Origin: Chloroflexota bacterium
GTDB taxonomy: Bacteria > Chloroflexota > UBA4733
Length of the DNA stretch: 43,305 nucleotides
Assembly: GCA_023489405.1 (NCBI GenBank)
Contig: JAMDCW010000131.1
Span: forward strand, 1 to 43,305
Direction: 5' to 3'
The notes below the pieces were generated by a model. That model did not search any database, was not told where the DNA came from, and saw only the letters and a program-made list of their open reading frames with translations. Position 1 is the stretch's first letter, and each line of letters begins with the position of its first letter. The position numbers and the translations under genes were made by a program. Below are positions 27,223-35,852 of this stretch, piece after piece.

Positions 27223-27925
27223 TCATTTCTACTGAGACTGCTTGGCTCGGGTTATCGAAAACCAGCCTTCCTCCAACAATGACGAGTACGCGATCCGACA
27301 ACCGCTGTGCTTGTTCGATCCGATGCGAAGTAAACAGGACCGTCGCCCTACTCTTCTCTACTATATCTACAAGAACTTGCTCGAATCGACCGAGGGCTAA
27401 CGGGTCAAGTCCGGATTCAGGTTCGTCCAGCAGCAACAATCGAGGCTGGCCTAGCAATGCCCGTGCTAAAGCGAGTCTTTGTACCATGCCACGCGAAAAA
27501 AAGGCAACGCGACGATGCGCAGCATCAATAAGACCAACAGACTGGAGCAGACGCTCAGTATCCTCCTTGGACCAGGGAAGAGCGTGAAGAGCAGCGCTCA
27601 ACGTGAGATTCTCAGCAGCAGTAAGCTGGCTGTAGAATAAAGAGTGGTGAGCGACATACCCAATCAGTTGACGGACTTCGTGCCCATTACTACCTATGGG
27701 CCATCCAAAAACACGAACAACACCGGAATCGGGAGACAGCAAAGTGGCGAGAATACGCAGGATGGTGGTCTTTCCAGCACCATTTGGACCAAGAAGCGCT
27801 ATCCGCTCTCCGACCTCTACCGAGACAGAGAAATTCCTGACTACAAGCTGGGCGCCATAGCGTTTCATCAGCCGCTGCACATCCACAGCGAGTGGGGATG
27901 GAGCTATAGTTATTGATGTATCCAC
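27176..27925 (-). CDS. ccmA: Heme ABC exporter ATP-binding protein
   Basis: Walker A GPNGAGKTT, signature-like FSRGMVQRLALARAL and Walker B LLLLDEPESGLD. Its operon position is immediately upstream of ccmB. Confidence 0.88.
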   Translation of the reverse strand: MDTSITIAPSPLAVDVQRLMKRYGAQLVVRNFSVSVEVGERIALLGPNGAGKTTILRILATLLSPDSGVVRVFGWPIGSNGHEVRQLIGYVAHHSLFYSQLTAAENLTLSAALHALPWSKEDTERLLQSVGLIDAAHRRVAFFSRGMVQRLALARALLGQPRLLLLDEPESGLDPLALGRFEQVLVDIVEKSRATVLFTSHRIEQAQRLSDRVLVIVGGRLVFDNPSQAVSVEMIESAYERSSRGNLAR

Positions 27926-29085
27926 GTCTGCCCTGCATCCCTACTGAAATATAAATTGCCTTGATTATCGAGGGCAATTACCGTGTCGGCTGAATGTTGA
28001 TTAACTGCTACTGCCCGAAGGGGAACTGACAAAGGAGCCGCGAACCAGCTTCCCCCTCCATCTCTGGAGGTATACAAGCCATCATTGGTAGCTGCCAACA
28101 ACAGTCCGTGGAACACCTGTCCCTGAGGCCCGATGGATTGATCGGCCGTTGCCGCATAGACGACTGCATGCACTGGGGTTTGGGGTAACAGCCCGTTGAC
28201 TAAGCCGTTAGCAAGCGCCCACGTTTTCCCTTCGTCAGTGCTCACTTCGACGCCTCGCGAGGTAGCTGCTACAAGCAAAGGGTGAACACCTGGAACGATA
28301 GCGAGCGATGCAATACCATTTGGAAGCGTGCCAAGATGAAGCGGTTGCCATGTCTGACCGCCGTCCTGAGACTGGACGAGCGCACCATCGCTAAGAATTG
28401 CCCCCACCCCTTTCCCAGAGGGGAGTGGGAAGAGGGATTCAAGCCGCCGAAATTCAGAAGGTAACTGATGTTGGATCCACGTTTTCCCGCCATTGTTGCT
28501 AACAGCAAGCAGTTGTCTAGAGGCTATGAGCAGACGATCGGGCTGAGAAGGATCAAAGGCCAGTGCAGCAGCACCAGGAATAGGGCTCTTGGTCCACGGG
28601 CTAGCAGAAGTGCTACTGGAGTGTGCAGTTGCAAAGAGCAACCCTGCTGAAACGATCACCAAAATGGCGGCGAACGTACTGCCAATGACCAGCCGGCGAG
28701 GAGCATGGGCCCTCACCATTCGAGGTCCTCTTTGGGGCATAGGAGAGCCGTGAGAAGACTTTACAGGTACATGGCCGCGCCGGGCAGCAATTGCACGTTC
28801 AAGCGCTTCTTCTCTATCTCGCTCTTGCTGTTCAATTAAGCGAAGTAATGCCAGGGCCTGATGAGCATAACGCTCACGCAGAGGAAAATAATCCTCATCA
28901 TTCAGTTTCCCTAAGTCACGTTCTAAGTCTAGCTCTCGTAGCGCCAGGAGCGCAGCGTCATGTCGATCATAGAGCTGATCAGTTCCGGGATCCTCTGGCC
29001 ATGGGACACTCGCCCGACTGAAAATGGGATGGAGGACAAATGCTCCTAGAGTGACCGTAAGTACGACAAACGCTACGAGTATCAT
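27910..29085 (-). CDS. CcmI-like N-terminal module (TM1, cytoplasmic helical loop, TM2) fused to a periplasmic/extracytoplasmic Asp-box (BNR, Ycf48-like) beta-propeller
   Basis: TM1 is MILVAFVVLTVTLGAFVLHPIF. The loop reads LLALRELDLERDLGKLNDEDYFPLRERYAHQALALLRLIEQQERD. TM2 is LVIGSTFAAILVIVSAGLLFA. Five Asp-box-like repeats follow: SNNGGKTW, SQDGGQTW, STDEGKTW, SRDGGGSW and SRDAGQTW. The gene has an ATGA overlap with the ccmH stop and overlaps the ccmA start. Confidence 0.7.
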   Translation of the reverse strand: MILVAFVVLTVTLGAFVLHPIFSRASVPWPEDPGTDQLYDRHDAALLALRELDLERDLGKLNDEDYFPLRERYAHQALALLRLIEQQERDREEALERAIAARRGHVPVKSSHGSPMPQRGPRMVRAHAPRRLVIGSTFAAILVIVSAGLLFATAHSSSTSASPWTKSPIPGAAALAFDPSQPDRLLIASRQLLAVSNNGGKTWIQHQLPSEFRRLESLFPLPSGKGVGAILSDGALVQSQDGGQTWQPLHLGTLPNGIASLAIVPGVHPLLVAATSRGVEVSTDEGKTWALANGLVNGLLPQTPVHAVVYAATADQSIGPQGQVFHGLLLAATNDGLYTSRDGGGSWFAAPLSVPLRAVAVNQHSADTVIALDNQGNLYFSRDAGQTWIHQ

Positions 29086-29672
29086 CGGTGAGCTCCACCG
29101 TCGTGCGCCGGCATGTGGGTAGCCCCCGAACTATCCGAGCTATTGATTTTTTCTGAATCTGAAGCGGTTGAGCGTCCTGTCGGGATAGGGGATTGCAGGC
29201 GCACCTCAGTCATCAGCGCATCAGGATCATTCGGGTCATCTGAAGCGGCATGAACCCATCGAACGGCAGCAAAGCTGATGCCGAAGAGGCTCACAGCTAA
29301 AACAACGAGAGGAACAAGCCATATACCCAAGGTAATGCCACGTTTAGGAGGGTTAAGAAGAATACCAGGACCATAGCGCGCAACAAAGTACTGGCGTATC
29401 TGGGTATCAGTCCATCCCTCCTTAACCTGCTGCTCAATGATGTGTCGCATTTCAATCGCCAGCACTGATGGTGAGTCTGCGACTGTTTCACCCTGGCAAA
29501 TAGGGCAAGCAAGCTGCTCTTCAATAAGCCGAGCTCGTTGTGCTGGCGTGGGGGCAATAGATGACGAATGGTCAGATAGCAAAGATGCTAGAGCGATGGC
29601 AGTCAAAACGAGCAAGACAGCACTGAGCCACAATGCGTTACGCTTCACTAGCCACACTTCCCTGTTCGACAC
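29082..29672 (-). CDS. ccmH: Cytochrome c-type biogenesis protein CcmH (NrfF family thiol-disulfide component)
   Basis: LACPICQGETVADSPSVLAIEMRHIIEQQVKEGWTDTQIRQYFVARYGPGILLNPP carries the CxxC motif and is followed by a TM. An alternative start at GTG 29648 would give an 11-nt overlap with ccmF. Confidence 0.88.
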   Translation of the reverse strand: MSNREVWLVKRNALWLSAVLLVLTAIALASLLSDHSSSIAPTPAQRARLIEEQLACPICQGETVADSPSVLAIEMRHIIEQQVKEGWTDTQIRQYFVARYGPGILLNPPKRGITLGIWLVPLVVLAVSLFGISFAAVRWVHAASDDPNDPDALMTEVRLQSPIPTGRSTASDSEKINSSDSSGATHMPAHDGGAHR

Positions 29673-31635
29673 GAGGAGTAAACAAACGCGGTTGCCGGCG
29701 AGCGGGCCAACCGAGTATCAGGACGCCAATCCCGAAGAGCACTGCGCCGATCCAGAGAAGCGAGACTTGTGGATTAATGAACACGCGCAGGTCAATGGCT
29801 CCTTGTGGGGTAATGCTTGTTACCAAGACATAGACATCGTCCAGCCACGGGAATGTAGTCATAATGCTTATCCTCGATACGGGTTGAGAGTTCCAGTGAG
29901 CATATACACGCTTTTCCGGTTGAACGTATCCTAGTAATGAGTTATTGTGGCGAACAGCTATCGCGGCAGCCTCAGCCACATAGTCGGTTCCTCGCGTACT
30001 ACTCACGCCAACGTACTGCAGCGTGTACGATCCAACTCGGAGACTCTGTCCAGGAGTCAACTCTCGCTCGGCTGATTGCTGAAAAGTTGAACCAATCACA
30101 CCAACAGCAAGGATGAGAATCGCGAAATGCACGACATAGCTCCCCAAGCGACGACGTTCTTTTAGCCAAACTCCTGTCAGCGCTACGCGGATACCATCCC
30201 CACTCTGTCGACGTGCCTGGGCACCCCGGCTGATTTCTATGGCAGTTGCTATAGCGGTGAGCGCACAGGCACCGTAAGCCAGTGGGGCGAGTCCACGGGG
30301 CATACCCATCACCAAGAGCACTACGGTAACAGCACCTCCGGCGAGGAGCGGCAGAGTAAATGCCTGCCAAAAGCGCTGGCCTGAAGTACGACGCCAAGCG
30401 AGTAGGGGACCTACCCCCATCAGCAGTAGGATGATACAGAAGATCGGCGTATCAACTTGAACATAGTACGAAGCTCCGACTCCAATTTTCGCTCCTTTGA
30501 GCGCCTCGGTGACGATAGGGAAAATGGTTCCCCAAAAGATTGCGACGATCGATGAGGCAAGGAGCATATTATTGAGCAGAAAAGCACTCTCTCGGGCAGC
30601 AAGGCTATCGAACCGCCCGCGCGAGCGCAGCAACGGGAGCCGCCAGGCGATGAGGGCGAGGACGCCTACAAGCACAATACCTAGAAAGGTAAAGAACAGT
30701 GGTCCTACGGATGACTCTGCAAACGCATGAACAGAAGTAATCACACCGCTACCGACGATGAACATACCGAACACGGCGAGGGCAAAACCAGCAGTGGCGA
30801 GGACGATATTCCATACCCGGAGCATTCCGCGCCGCTCCTGAACCATCAGGGAGTGGAGCAATGCTGTCGCGACGAGCCAGGGCAAGAGAGCGACATTTTC
30901 AACAGGATCCCACCCCCAGTAACCACCCCAGCCAAGTACGTGGTACGCCCACCAAGCCCCAGCGATAAGACCACATCCCTGAATCGTCCACGCTACCAAG
31001 GTCCAGCGCCGCAAAGCCTTCAGCCAAAGACTGCCCATTTCACCATGAATCAATCCTGCTACGGCAAAGGCGAAAGGCACCGTGAACGCCATGTAACCTG
31101 TGAGAAGGAGCGGCGGATGGAAGCTCATCGCTTCATCTTGGAGCAAGGGATTTAACCCTTGACCATCGCTAGGAGTTGTTGATAGGACGTTGAAGGGATT
31201 TGCACTGGTGAGGAGAACGACGAGGAAAAAGGATTCAACGAGGCTGAGCACGGCGAGCACAAGCCCTAATGTCGCTGATTCTCGCCGGCGCTGGACCCAG
31301 AATACCGCCGCTGTGATCCAAGAAAGCATGACCGTCCTGAATAAAAGGGAACCGGCTTGTCCTCCCCAAAAAGCGCTCACAATGGCCCGCGTTGACATGG
31401 AGCGGTTAGAAACTTGAGCAACGAAAGCTACCTGGAATTGGTGCGTCAGTAAAAGTCCCCAGAGTACCAACGCACAGAAAGTGAGGAGGGCGGTCGCTGA
31501 GAGAGCAGCGCGCACTGCGCTAAGGCGGAGCTCAGATACGCCGCGGATGTGTGCAATTCCACCACCAACTGCACTAAATAGAGAGAAGGCGAGCGCAACA
31601 GCAAGAGCAAGCGACGCAACGGATGGTATGCTCAT
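29638..31635 (-). CDS. ccmF: Cytochrome c heme lyase subunit CcmF
   Basis: 665-aa polytopic protein with the WWD motif WGGYWGWDPVENVALLPWL. Confidence 0.93.
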   Translation of the reverse strand: MSIPSVASLALAVALAFSLFSAVGGGIAHIRGVSELRLSAVRAALSATALLTFCALVLWGLLLTHQFQVAFVAQVSNRSMSTRAIVSAFWGGQAGSLLFRTVMLSWITAAVFWVQRRRESATLGLVLAVLSLVESFFLVVLLTSANPFNVLSTTPSDGQGLNPLLQDEAMSFHPPLLLTGYMAFTVPFAFAVAGLIHGEMGSLWLKALRRWTLVAWTIQGCGLIAGAWWAYHVLGWGGYWGWDPVENVALLPWLVATALLHSLMVQERRGMLRVWNIVLATAGFALAVFGMFIVGSGVITSVHAFAESSVGPLFFTFLGIVLVGVLALIAWRLPLLRSRGRFDSLAARESAFLLNNMLLASSIVAIFWGTIFPIVTEALKGAKIGVGASYYVQVDTPIFCIILLLMGVGPLLAWRRTSGQRFWQAFTLPLLAGGAVTVVLLVMGMPRGLAPLAYGACALTAIATAIEISRGAQARRQSGDGIRVALTGVWLKERRRLGSYVVHFAILILAVGVIGSTFQQSAERELTPGQSLRVGSYTLQYVGVSSTRGTDYVAEAAAIAVRHNNSLLGYVQPEKRVYAHWNSQPVSRISIMTTFPWLDDVYVLVTSITPQGAIDLRVFINPQVSLLWIGAVLFGIGVLILGWPARRQPRLFTPRVEQGSVASEA

Positions 31636-31638
31636 GTC

Positions 31639-32154
31639 CTAGGGATTACCCCCACTTCCCTTACCTGCTTGTGCAGTGGCTTGGGCATCTGCAGCGGCAA
31701 AGCGAGCATCGTGCTTCACGATAATTTGGGAAGCTTTGAATACACCATCCGACTGTAAAGCCCCTTCGACAATGGCATCTTGATAGTGCCCATCGCGGGC
31801 ATAGCCAAACATGTCCGGCACAACACCGGTATAGACTACGGGTAATCGGCTGCCATTCTTATCAGTCATTTCGAATCGCAATGTCTGCGTTTTGGCGTTC
31901 CAGTGAATCGATCCGTCTGCAGCACGTCCACCGATGCGAACAATCTGGCCATATGCTGCAGGTCCTTTAGCGCGGAGCTGACCTACCGTCAAATAATATT
32001 CAGCACTCGCTTTCGTAGCTGTAAAGACGAGATACAACAGCGTGAGGGCTGCTGCCACACCGGCAGCAACCACCTTCCAGGATAATGGCTGCCGGCTAGG
32101 ATGCTTCTTCTGTGCCAGGCCGTACGGTTCTACAGGGAGATTACGCACTCCCAT
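31639..32154 (-). CDS. ccmE: Heme chaperone CcmE
   Basis: An N-terminal TM, an OB-fold body (RIGGRAADGSIHW...LRFEMTD...LPVVYTGVVPDMF...IVEGAL) and the heme-binding His in IIVKHDARF. The stop is 3 nt before the ccmF start. Confidence 0.85.
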   Translation of the reverse strand: MGVRNLPVEPYGLAQKKHPSRQPLSWKVVAAGVAAALTLLYLVFTATKASAEYYLTVGQLRAKGPAAYGQIVRIGGRAADGSIHWNAKTQTLRFEMTDKNGSRLPVVYTGVVPDMFGYARDGHYQDAIVEGALQSDGVFKASQIIVKHDARFAAADAQATAQAGKGSGGNP

Positions 32155-32233
32155 TAACTGCTCCTTTCTTCGATGAGCAGCGCTTCATCTTCATGCTAAC
32201 CATTCGATCACCAAATTCTAGGGCATCTGCCCT

Positions 32234-32701
32234 CTAGGAAGTCGCTCCGTAGCTGACATCAAAGATTACTTGCAAGATCACCGCGAGTGCTGAAACCGCC
32301 AGGCCCAGTACGAGTACAACGTACGGCGCTGAAAGCCAGTGTGGTAGGTGTTTTTGCCGGTGCGTTCGCCGCGCCAGACCAGAAGCAATAACCATCATAA
32401 TGACAGAGAGCAACACTTTCAGCGCGAGGATTACGGCATAGATACGATGAAGGTGAGGCTGTGATAGCCGATCAAAGGTCAGTATGGCACCTGTAAATAT
32501 TAGTACGATGCTACTCACCTGGCTCACCTCACGCATCTGATCGTTCACCAAAGAGAAGAGTAGGCGCTGTTGATCACTGTGCACTGCGGACTTCAGTGCC
32601 GGCTGCAATGCACCGATAAAAAAGATCATGCCTCCCACCCACGTAATAGCAGCGAGTAAGTGGAAAATTCTGATGATCACCAGGAGGAAAAGGCCAACCA
32701 C
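32234..32701 (-). CDS. Small 4-TM membrane protein, CopD-domain-like, Cys-free and His-containing
   Basis: IFHLLAAITWVGGMIFFIGALQPAL resembles the CopD/HemJ-type first helix. The 155-aa protein lies between ccmG and ccmE. Confidence 0.45.
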   Translation of the reverse strand: MVGLFLLVIIRIFHLLAAITWVGGMIFFIGALQPALKSAVHSDQQRLLFSLVNDQMREVSQVSSIVLIFTGAILTFDRLSQPHLHRIYAVILALKVLLSVIMMVIASGLARRTHRQKHLPHWLSAPYVVLVLGLAVSALAVILQVIFDVSYGATS

Positions 32702-32711
32702 CTGCCTTACC

Positions 32712-33290
32712 TTAGCTCCCTATCAACTGCTCAAGAAGCCTTGTCAGCTCCTTTTCGTCTACCGGACCAATCCAGTGATCTACGACCTGACCTTCTTTGT
32801 TCAAAAGAAATGTCTCAGGTACACCAGTAATCCCGTAGTCAATCGCAATATGGCCTGATGGATCTTCTGCTACCGGATAGGCGACGTTATGGTCCTTGAG
32901 AAATGTGACAGCGTTAGCTCGTGTATCCCATACATCAATGCCGAGAAAAACTACGCGGGCGTGGAAAGCCTGCCATACTTTTTGTAGAGCAGGTACTTCT
33001 GTCTGGCAAGGAATACACCAGGAAGCCCAAAAGTTGATCAAGATGGGCTTTCCGCGCTCATTGTAAAGGTTAAAGGTCTGGCCGGAAAATAACTGGAGAT
33101 GGAAAGATCGAGCCTTATAAGGAGGTTCGACCATAATCAGTTGTCCGGTTCCAAAAACCTGGGCCGCACCGCGCCCTCCAGAGAGAAGACCGCCGCTCGT
33201 AGCGAGGCTCTGATGAGCCAATGCCCAACCGCCGAGGCCTAAAAAGATCAAAATTACGAGCAGCGCTCCACCTAGCAGAGCAATTCGCAT
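32712..33290 (-). CDS. ccmG: Membrane-anchored thioredoxin-like thiol:disulfide oxidoreductase (CcmG/DsbE/ResA/TlpA family)
   Basis: An N-terminal TM, then ILINFWASWCIPCQTEVPAL (WCxxC) and GVPETFLLNKEG (cis-Pro loop). It is the first gene of the ccm array. Confidence 0.85.
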   Translation of the reverse strand: MRIALLGGALLVILIFLGLGGWALAHQSLATSGGLLSGGRGAAQVFGTGQLIMVEPPYKARSFHLQLFSGQTFNLYNERGKPILINFWASWCIPCQTEVPALQKVWQAFHARVVFLGIDVWDTRANAVTFLKDHNVAYPVAEDPSGHIAIDYGITGVPETFLLNKEGQVVDHWIGPVDEKELTRLLEQLIGS

Positions 33291-33594
33291 CAGCAGACCC
33301 GCTTCATCTTGTTGTAGATACCACTACACAGTGGAGAAAAACCTTGGAATAGTTTTACCGATTTACTGCTCCCACTGTTACCGGCAGGGGATAGTGCACA
33401 GTCTATATCTTTTCTGAGAGATTCCACCTACATGAAGATTCAACGGTAGCCGCCTACACACCTCTCGTACAATCATCGCTCAATGGCGTAGTATCATTTC
33501 AAGGATAAAGTGAATTGCAGAAGCGCTAAACTGCATGGAAACCGATCATTGTGTGATGCAGCCTTGATTGTGATTGTGAGGAAGCAGACAAAGG

Positions 33595-35082
33595 GTGAGT
33601 GATTTGAGCGAAGAAGAACGAGAGTCGCGATCGCACGATAGCCCACCTCACGCCGAGTCACTTCCACAGTCAACATTAGCAGGCGAAGGGGCGTATCGGA
33701 CTGATTCGTCCTTCACTCAGATTGAGGCGTCAGCAGCATCCAATCAAGCGGTCGATATCCAGCACGGATTGGCCGAGGAGCAGTGGTTCGAGCAAGAGGC
33801 ATCCTGGCTGACGAGGTTTTTGGCAAATCCACGGAGCCCGCAGTTGCTCATGGTGCTCCTCATAGGTGTCTCATTCTTCTTCCGTGTGCTTTGGTTAGAT
33901 CAACCACCCGGATCCCTCATCTTCGATGAAAAATACTACATCTCTGCAGCAAGAACAATCCTCGGGATTCATCAGCCGGCTGATGCCCCCTACGCCAATA
34001 GCATTGTGGGGAAAGATCCCAATGCAGAGCACCCACCACTCGCCAAGCTGATCATAGCCGGCATTATGCGCGAGGTGGGAGACAACGCTTGGGGCTGGCG
34101 CTGGGGTAGCGTCATCGCAGGGATGCTTACTATCCCGCTCATCTTCGTCATTGCACGAGCAATAGGGCTCAGTAACTGGACCGGGCTACTGGCCTCTTTT
34201 CTCTACACATTCGACAACCTTGTCTTTGTCACCAGCCGGATCGGCATTCTTGACATCTACATGATGCTAGGAATGCTTGGGGGTATCGCCCTCTATCTCC
34301 GTGGAAAGACGGTGGCATCAGCGTTCTTGTTTGCTTTCGGCATCCTCTGCAAGGAATATGGCGCCTTCGGCGTTATCATTGTTGGGGCCTATGTCCTCGC
34401 TATAACTGCCTACGATACCCCCGGCTGGCGGATCGCACTGCGGCGTATAGCCCAGGTCGTCATGACAGGTTTGCTCACAGTCATACTGACTGTCGGCTTA
34501 CTGTGGCCACTTGATCTTAAGTTCAGTGAACATCAAAACCCTATCGAACACCTGCACTACATCTGGTCGTACGGCACTCATTTGACGCACCCTGCAGGCC
34601 CTACGGGCATCGAGAGCTGGCCATGGGAGTGGCTCATCAACGAGGTGCAGATTCCGTACCTGAAAGTAACGGTCACTGTTTGCAATACAACCCTCGCAAA
34701 TAACAAACCATGTCCCCAAAATGACGTTGTGCGGCAGTATGATTCCATCCTCTTTCGAGGCGCTATGAATCCTTTTCTGCTCTTTCTCCTACCTCTATCG
34801 TTTGCCTATGCGATTGGCCAGCTTAATACACCGCATCGTCGGAACGCTGTGCTTAGCCTTACATGGTTTGCTGTGACATTTCTTCCTTTCATACCTATCA
34901 CGGTCATCGACCACCGGATATCGTATATCTACTACTTTTTACCTTCGATTCCTGCGCTGGCACTGGCAACAGCCGAACTTTTCACATCACCTCGTATGCC
35001 TCGCTGGGTCATTGCCGGGCTCATAGGAGGAATACTCTACGGCTTTGCGGGATATTTTCCCTTTTCCGGATTCAAGCTCTAA
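33595..35082 (+). CDS. Phospholipid-carrier-dependent GT-C glycosyltransferase (PMT/ArnT-like, GT39/GT83 type)
   Basis: After an acidic N-terminal tail there is a first TM, then a loop with the DE motif (SLIFDEKYYISAARTILG) and EHPPLAKL. Many TM segments follow. GTG start. Confidence 0.75.
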   Translation: MSDLSEEERESRSHDSPPHAESLPQSTLAGEGAYRTDSSFTQIEASAASNQAVDIQHGLAEEQWFEQEASWLTRFLANPRSPQLLMVLLIGVSFFFRVLWLDQPPGSLIFDEKYYISAARTILGIHQPADAPYANSIVGKDPNAEHPPLAKLIIAGIMREVGDNAWGWRWGSVIAGMLTIPLIFVIARAIGLSNWTGLLASFLYTFDNLVFVTSRIGILDIYMMLGMLGGIALYLRGKTVASAFLFAFGILCKEYGAFGVIIVGAYVLAITAYDTPGWRIALRRIAQVVMTGLLTVILTVGLLWPLDLKFSEHQNPIEHLHYIWSYGTHLTHPAGPTGIESWPWEWLINEVQIPYLKVTVTVCNTTLANNKPCPQNDVVRQYDSILFRGAMNPFLLFLLPLSFAYAIGQLNTPHRRNAVLSLTWFAVTFLPFIPITVIDHRISYIYYFLPSIPALALATAELFTSPRMPRWVIAGLIGGILYGFAGYFPFSGFKL

Positions 35083-35185
35083 ACCGGTGAGCTCGGTTTT
35101 ACGCGAGAGCTGGGTAGCCATAGAGGTATACTGTAGCAATTGGGAGCAGAATCAGTTTACGTTCGGTAAAGAGAAGTATCGAAAT

Positions 35186-35788
35186 ATGCGAAATCCTTTT
35201 CGTCAAGACTCATCTATCGAGCCTCTAGCAGGGCGGGTTCCGCCAGGTCAGTCGTTGACGCGTGACTTCCCTGTGCTTCACTATGGTCCTGTACCGGTAG
35301 TCAATTTAGCACGCTGGAATCTGCGCATCTATGGGCTTGTAGCTTATGCACCCACGCTTACTTGGGAGCAATTCTGCCGGTTGCCGCGAAAAGAAGCTAC
35401 CCTTGATATCCACTGTGTTACGCGGTGGAGCAAGCTTGACACCACGTGGAGTGGCGTCGACGCACTAGCGCTTTTAGAGGAAGTGAAACCACTTCCTCAT
35501 GCGCGTTTTATTATCGCTGAATGTGAATATGGTTTTACAACCAGCGTTCCTATCGATGTCTTTGCCCAACCGCAAACGCTCTTGGCAGACACCTATGAAG
35601 GTAAGCCATTGACACCGGAACACGGGTATCCCCTGCGTCTCCTGATCCCGGGGCGTTATTTCTGGAAAAGCGCGAAGTGGCTGCGTGCGCTCAAATTCGC
35701 TGCGCAGGACGAACTCGGCTTCTGGGAACGGAACGGCTACCATAACAATGCTGATCCGTGGAAGGAAGAGCGCTTTTCCGACGATTAG
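35186..35788 (+). CDS. Sulfite-oxidase-like molybdopterin-binding oxidoreductase (short, about 200 aa form)
   Basis: WNLRIYGLV...LTWEQF..LP...ATLDIHCVTRWSKLDTTWSGV (Mo-ligand Cys context), YEGKPLTPEHGYPLRLLIPGRYFWKSAKWL and GFWERNGYH. I start the gene at ATG 35186; the tracked ORF's upstream extension overlaps the preceding gene. Confidence 0.8.
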   Translation: MRNPFRQDSSIEPLAGRVPPGQSLTRDFPVLHYGPVPVVNLARWNLRIYGLVAYAPTLTWEQFCRLPRKEATLDIHCVTRWSKLDTTWSGVDALALLEEVKPLPHARFIIAECEYGFTTSVPIDVFAQPQTLLADTYEGKPLTPEHGYPLRLLIPGRYFWKSAKWLRALKFAAQDELGFWERNGYHNNADPWKEERFSDD

Positions 35789-35852
35789 TGTGGGTTGGTA
35801 AGGTGGGTAGTTGTGTCACTGGAATTTATGAAAGACGGGAGAGGTACGTCCG

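Noticed and set aside
27069-27587. 172-aa plus-strand ORF antisense to ccmA/ccmB, and similar long antisense ORFs (e.g. 7065..7499, 9762..10166, 29437..29934, 36025..36390)
   Set aside because: These are shadow ORFs opposite well-supported genes. Their Arg/Ser/Pro-rich translations are typical of antisense frames.
33291-33594. Short repeats (attgtg x3) and small hairpins in the ccmG / GT-C divergent region as operator sites
   Set aside because: They are too short and degenerate to support a call by eye, and no recognisable -35/-10 pair could be assigned with confidence.
35045-35185. Upstream 47-codon extension of the sulfite-oxidase-like ORF
   Set aside because: It overlaps the end of the GT-C gene, and homology to the SO-like family begins after the internal Met at 35186.
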